From the NCBI RefSeq assembly GCF_009914755.1, contig NC_060926.1: 64,000 bases of DNA; one strand, 5' to 3'. Below are positions 55,301 through 64,000 of this stretch, piece by piece; within the stretch, counting starts at the first letter, position 1, and each line of letters begins with the position of its first letter. Under the pieces are notes generated by a model that ran no database searches, was not told the origin of the DNA, and saw only the letters and a list, made by a program, of their open reading frames with translations. The DNA comes from the human T2T-CHM13v2.0 reference genome, Homo sapiens. Made by a program: the position numbers and the translations under genes.

Positions 55301-56270
55301 CTGAGACTATGTAAAGATGAAAAATTGTTCAGGGCTTCCTCCTCAAAGTCTTATCAAGCATTTATTTACAAATGAATTTCATGCAACAGCCCAAATATTT
55401 ATGAGTATATTTTATAAAGTTCTTGTTTATAAAGTTTCTGGTTAGCTATGATATTTTCATTGATAGAGGGCTATAGTTGATGAAGTGACAAAAATACTAT
55501 TTAGGTTGGTGCAAAAGTAATGTCAAAGACTGCAATCAATTTTGCACCAAACTAAATACTACACTCTTTATTCCCTACACAGAAAGAGCCCATCAACCTT
55601 CTTCTCTTACTGAAGAAATTAGTTCACTGTTTATATCACCCCCAGTTATTAGGAAAATTAGTAACAGTAAACATGATGCTAAAGTTAAAATCGTCCAAAC
55701 TATAAGAATTTGCTTCTCTGTCTTGGCCTAAAATTTTTTCACTAACATTAGTGGTCATGGAAAAAATCTCAGAGTACAAAGCAACTTTCTCCCTGTGAGA
55801 TCGTATCAAAACATTTCACGGAATTTGTAATATTTAGAAAAATTTTACCAGTAACTGGCTTCATGTTACACATAGATGTAGCTAAATGCAGTCAAGGACT
55901 TACTTGTTATACTTATAATTAGATTTAGCAAGTACAAGCCACCTTCCAAACATTGCATGATTTCCAGCATGGAAACTGGATCTACTGGAAGAGAGACTAA
56001 TAGTAATACAAAAGTTGTTTATCCTTGCTTGAAGAGAACATTTTATATCCTTCTGAGCATAGCAATAGCAGTCAAGATTCAAAACAGTGCAGGCATACTA
56101 CTAACCTGTACACCAGTGGAATTTTACACTCATGAGTGAGCTCAAATTAACACCATTTAATAAAAAACCTCCAGAAGCCTAGGACTTTAAGACTCAAATT
56201 GTGTTCCCAAGAAGATGACAAGATATGGCTGCTTATATCCAATACAGTGGCACATGACACACCAGAATAA
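52400..56270 (+). pseudogene. pol: Very old class I (gamma/epsilon-like) ERV gag-pro-pol remnant
   Basis: Motifs in order: protease-like LTDT (~52975), RT SPCGTPILPVK...VQGLRAIN..VIPRFP (53500-53610), SQYLF..W..QQ, NVDDL for YVDDL (53841-53855), RNase H GSYLRN...GYAVT and SAQV.KL (54660-54790), and integrase-like sequence beyond. Boundaries approximate. Confidence 0.8.
55498..55558. mobile_element. Internally deleted MADE1 (Hsmar1-derived MITE) inserted in the old ERV pol
   Basis: TTAGGTTGGTGCAAAAGTAAT...CAATTTTGCACCAAACTAA inverted termini flanked by TA. Confidence 0.85.
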
Positions 56271-56874
56271 TTTTCTTAATTCATTTTCCTTTGGAAATTT
56301 TTGGATGCTATCCTCCTGCTGCTTTAATTCAAATACTTTGAAGTCATTGCTTTTGTTTATGATAGCTTTGTTATAATCAATATACATGATTAGAGTTTGC
56401 CTATAAATTTTCAATAAGATTTAATATATCAAAATATAGAGAATATGAACACTTCTTTTTTCAAGCACAGTATCTTCCCATGAGACTAGTCCTACGTAAT
56501 TCTAGTCACTATCTCTTCCTGTGATACCTTGTGGAGGCACAATGTCACTGCTCAGATGTTATATGGGTAACAAGATCTGAATGGGACACAGAGCTGGCAG
56601 CAATTCAATTCTGAAAATAAAAATGGAAACACAAAACGGCCATCACAAACAATGCATATCATTTTTAATAATGTTTAATACATGTAGATGTAATTATCAG
56701 GGAAAAAAATATGATAGGTCATTTTTATTTAAGAATTCCCTAAGCTTTGATATTTGGGTAATTCCTTCTCCCTAAAACTATGATGTGGAACTAGAGGGTT
56801 GTGGAAGTTACCAGTTGATTAGATGGGTGCCTATAATTTGGCCTATTTTATCATAATCTTTAGAATCTGTTAAA

Positions 56875-56911
56875 TTTCTTTTTTGAGATGGAGTCTGGCT
56901 CTGTCACCCAG
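56875..56911 (-). mobile_element. Extremely short Alu 3'-end fragment
   Basis: TTTCTTTTTTGAGATGGAGTCTGGCTCTGTCACCCAG, flanked by TCTGTTAAATT and TCTTTAAATT. Confidence 0.7.
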
Positions 56912-57394
56912 TCTTTAAATTGGCAATTTTGACAAATGATTTTGTGAGGTGTTGTTAACTGTGCTAGAAATTGTGAATGTTAAGTTGTTTATATGCTACC
57001 CAATTAAATGTCATCCAGCCACTCAAAAATGTTCTGACATTTTTCAGTGGGTTTCTTCAAATTTGCTATCAATATCATTTTTTTGTAAATACGCCAAAAA
57101 AAGAAATGCAAAAAGAAGGTAAAAAATTTTGTTGTCTAATGCTCCAAAATGAAATCAGAAACTGATCTAAAATCTGAATTAGCCAATGCAATATGGATTT
57201 TGATAACTCAATCAAAATAATGAAAAACAGATAATCTTTTCATTATGAAAAAGGAAATGAAGATAACAGATACAATGACATCCAACTACAAGATGGTTTT
57301 GGACACATTTTTAACAACCAAACCAGTGCCAAACCAAAATGAAAGAAATGTCTTTATTTTTGAAATGTGTGTTGCTAAAGGTCAAAATAGTTGG

Positions 57395-57746
57395 TGCTCT
57401 AGTTCCATTGGGCTGCTATGACAAAATATCATAAATTGGGTGGCTTATAAACAGCAGAAATTTATTTATCACAGTTCTGGTGAATGAAAAGAAGTCCGAG
57501 ATCAAGGCACAGGTAGGTTTAAGGTCTAGTGAAAGTCAATTTCATAGGTGTTCATAGAGGGTGCCTTCTTTTATGTTCTTTCATGGTAGAAGGGCTATAG
57601 GTTTTTATCAGATTCTTTAATAAGGGCACTAATCCCATTCATGAGACCTCTGTCCTCATGACCCAGTCACCTCCCAAAAAGGTCCATCTCCTATTATTAT
57701 TACTTTGGAGGTTAGCATTTCAACATACAAATTTTTGGGAGACACA
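57395..57746 (-). mobile_element. MLT1A/B-type MaLR solo LTR, followed by a MIR fragment (~57755-57915, plus strand)
   Basis: TGGGCTGCTATGACAAAATATCATAAATTGGGTGGCTTATAAACAGCAGAAATTTATT...TAAGGGCACTAATCCCATTCATGAG...TTTCAACATACAAATTTTTGGGAGACAC. Confidence 0.85.
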
Positions 57747-58829
57747 CTTTTTTTTGGCCAAATTAATAAACCTCTGTATTCCTCAATTTACTCTTGTATA
57801 AATGGTGATAATAAGAATGCACACTATAAATTAGGGATGGAATTTGTTAAGATAATGAGCGTAAAGTGCAGCATGATGTATTGTCCACTGAAAGAACTTA
57901 ATAGATGTTAGCAAAAATTACCATAAACAGTGATAGGACAGTGTATAATGCAAACTGATGGCTATAGAAGAGATATATAGATGTAGTTCTGGAAACTCAG
58001 AACAGGAAACAATTACTGTTGCCTGGATGTTTTAAGAAAGCCTTAGTTGAGGAGAGGAACTGGAGTAAAAACATAATAATACAGGGATTTTTCAGTTAGG
58101 GAGAGTAACCCAGTCAGAGAAAATGTCCACTCCATCAGGATGTCAATTCCACAAAAGGGATATTGTCTTTGGATTTTGGCACTGGGCGTGTTATCAATTA
58201 AGGACTTATTTATTGAATTAAATTGAATTACAGGAATCAAAATAGATATGCCAAAAATTGTGAATACTTCAATATGACTACAGAATACAATATTTAATAA
58301 GCAGAAAGCTATATGAGATGAGACTGGAGAAAAACTTGATATACTTTATACTTCAGGCTAGTATTATCAGAATTCCTTTTATTCTCACCAGATGTGTATA
58401 TATCTATCTCCAGCCACAGATGGGAAAAATAAATATTTTAATAAAGTTCTAAAAAAAGCCATGTGAAGATTTTGAGTTGAGTACCAACAAAATCAGATTT
58501 TTATTTTTAATGAAAAACAATGTTTTATGACATTTATATTTTGAGAAAACCTAAAAGATTTCATTTTACTAATTTTATTTGGTATATTTGAAAAATTCTT
58601 TTGTGTTCGACAAGAAATATTTAATTCTTTTTTAAATACACTAAGCACAGTCATGTAACCTACAATAAAAATACTAAAAATAATATTTTAAACTGACACA
58701 TTTTGTTTTTTAGATGTAGTTGATTTAAAAGTCTCTACTTATGAGTTTGGTAAAAAATAAACAAAGATGACTAAAATGAAAACAAACAGAAGATTCAGAA
58801 ATCAAATTTAGAAGAGTTGCCACCATTCT

Positions 58830-59780
58830 CACTTGCATTTGCTACAGACTCAAAGGAGACAGGGGAGTGAGGGAGCTCTGTAGAGAAAAAGGGACGATTC
58901 CAGGTATGCTTTCACTCGAGATTCTTGTCATGGAAAAGCTGGAAATGAGCAGCAGAACATCTTAGGCATGTAAACCAAAAACAAAATTCTGAGCCCCTGC
59001 AACCATCTGAATGGATCTCTCCTCTCAGCAAGGGCATTCCTAAGTTAACATGAAAAAATAGTTCAGGCCACAACGTGGAGGGGAATAGAGATGCCTCATT
59101 TATATATACCCTTCTCCCTTTTGGAGTCACTGATAGAAGAGAATCTTTAAGTCTGATAAAAATCATTTTTAATCTACTCTCTCTGAAACCTGCTACATGG
59201 ACACTACATCTGGAAGATAAAACCTTGGTGTCCACAAATCCTTAGTATAACCCAGACATACCTTTCTATTGATAATAGCTCTTTCAACCAATTGCCAATC
59301 AGAAAATCTTTGAAGCTGCCTGTGACTTGGAAGCTCCCACTTAGAGTTTTTCCAACTTTCCTAACTGAACCAATATACATCTTACAAGTATTAATTGATG
59401 CCTTATATCTCCCTAAAATGTATAAAACCAAGTTGTGCCCTGACCACCTTGAGTACATGTTCTCACAATCTCCTGAGTGCTGTGTCACGGACCATGGACA
59501 CTCATATTTGGCTCACAATAAATGTCTTCAGATATTTTACAGAGTTTGACTCTTCATTGACAGGTGATTGCTTTGGAAAACATATTTGGCTTTCTGTAGT
59601 TGGTGCTGTCTTGAAACTGAGGTAAAGAGAAGTAGCAATCATTGATCCAGTTTGGATGCTTTTGGGCCAATTGCTGTAGTTGGGGTTTGGCTTCCTGGCC
59701 AGGTTGCTGCAGACATGGTGGATTAGAATTCTGCTGTCCTACATGATCTGGCCATTGACCATTTCTACATTAATTTCATC
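58830..59780 (-). mobile_element. Older ERV1-type LTR (MER31/MER67-like, uncertain) split by the MER4 LTR
   Basis: LTR-like text on both sides of the MER4 insertion, e.g. GGGGTTTGGCTTCCTGG...GGTTGCTGCAG...TGATCTGGCCATTGACCATTT. Confidence 0.4.
58969..59562 (+). mobile_element. Solo MER4-family LTR (MER4B/D/E-like)
   Basis: TGTAAACCAAAAACAAAATTCTGAGCCCC...CTCCCTAAAATGTATAAAACCAAG...GAGTTTGACTCTTCATTGACA, with TSD GGCA/GGTG (CpG-decayed GGCG). Confidence 0.9.
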
Positions 59781-60190
59781 ACAGCTTTAATCTCTTTCAT
59801 AAATGCTAAGCACTTTGTATTATTACTAAACCCTTCAGTCCTCAGGGGAATTCAAAGGCTGTATTAATGCTAAAATTCCATTTTTATTTTTGCATAGTAA
59901 TTGCTTGTTAAAATAAAAAAACAGATTATGATATATAATTTGAAAAAAATAATTGTTCTCAATCACTGAGCTGGATTGACGAATGCTTGCTTTTATCTCT
60001 TGAATTTTGGGTATCTCTTAATTTATTAAAAATATGTGTGTTTTGATATTTACTTATCATCTCATGGTTTAATATCACAAAAACTGTTTTTTTAAAAATA
60101 ACCTTTGTTCATTAGCATTAGATTCATTAAACCAATCTCAACTGTGTGCTTGAATTATTTCTATGCTCCTAAAAAAGTATAATAATGCAA

Positions 60191-60900
60191 TGTAACTGCC
60201 TGATGGGTTCTCTCTGTCCACTGCACAAATACCATGGCATTGCAGTAAAAAAGAGTTTAACTGATGCAAGGCTAATCATGTCAAATGGGAGATAGAGTTA
60301 TTGCTCAAATAAGTCACCTAGAGGTTTTGAGGGTAGGAGTTTTTCAAAGACAGCTTGGTGGGCAGGGAGCTAGGGTAATGGCGGTTCTGATTGGGTCAAA
60401 GATGGAATCATAGGGAAGTCGAAGCTGGCCTCTTTGGCTGAGTCACTTCTGGGTGGGACCACAGGAGTGATTGGCAGGTGAAGGTGGAGCCATCAGTGAC
60501 CAGACATGAAAAAAAAAAAAAAACAGAAAAAATATCTTGAAAGGCCAATCTTAGGTTCTACAATAGTGATGTTATCTGCAAGGGAAATTGGGGAAGTTGC
60601 ATATCTTATGACCTCCAGGATAATGCCTAACAATGGTTTCTGGGTCTACTCCTTAGCATAATTCAGGCTTCTCTCCTAACCCTAGCTTTGTGATCTCTCA
60701 TTAGCTTTACAAAGGCAGCTGAGTTTTGGGAAATGGCTACTGTCATTTAAACTATAAACTAAATGTCTCCCAAAGTTAGCTGGCCTAAGCCCATGATTAC
60801 TTAAAGCAGTTTGAAGGCGAAAGGCAAGATGGTGGCTGGCTAGATCAGATCTCCTCAACCACCATGATTATCTGACATAATTTTTGCAAAGGTGGTTTCA
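60191..60900 (-). mobile_element. Solo LTR8-family LTR (LTR8A/B-like)
   Basis: The minus strand begins TGAAACCACCTTTGCAAAAATTATG and ends ...GGCAGTTACA. TSD GCAA is at 60187-60190 and 60901-60904. Confidence 0.88.
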
Positions 60901-61118
60901 GCAAGAAATCAATAACACTTGTTTGGTAAACAAACCCTTACTTGGTGTTGGAGTTTTAAAACAGTACAATGGGTTTATAACAATACATTTTGATAAAAAT
61001 CTAATTATACTTATTTAAATGTAAATAATATGAAAAAAGTTTATGCAAAAGGCAATTGTTGAATTAAGTTTAGAGCTTTTGTTTTGTATATCAGTACACA
61101 AATACTTTTAGAAGAAAA

Positions 61119-64000
<2,882 letters not shown>

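Overview
AT-rich primate (human-like) genomic DNA made up mostly of transposable elements. I found no host protein-coding gene, RNA gene, CpG island or CRISPR-type locus that I can support. Every recognisable ORF in the track is a LINE-1 or endogenous retrovirus remnant, or a chance ORF in repeats. Layout: 1-2.3 kb, an AluJ interrupted by a two-LTR THE1. 2.7-16.4 kb, a three-level ERV nest: a MER4-group host carrying MER50, MER4A1 (itself containing a HERV-I/LTR10 provirus), LTR3, an LTR8 fragment and two Alus. 16.4-46 kb, older unique and MIR/L2 sequence with scattered Alus, MaLR LTRs, DNA transposons (MER20, MER85, MER58B, MER2), a deleted ERVL and a ~1 kb AT-rich palindrome. 46.3-48.8 kb, a 5'-inverted L1. 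49-61 kb, solo LTRs and a very old class I ERV pol. 61.1-64 kb, a young L1PA running off the window. Three observations stand out. (1) The HERV-I provirus has intact target-site duplications (TSDs), but its 5' LTR is replaced by an inverted R-U5 piece of a different LTR10 variant, as if it integrated with two U5 ends. (2) Two L1s of different apparent age, 15 kb apart, share three non-consensus mutations including a frameshift, which suggests ectopic gene conversion. (3) There is a PATRR-like inverted duplication at 21.5-22.5 kb. Subfamily names come from recalled consensus sequences and need a RepeatMasker/Dfam check.
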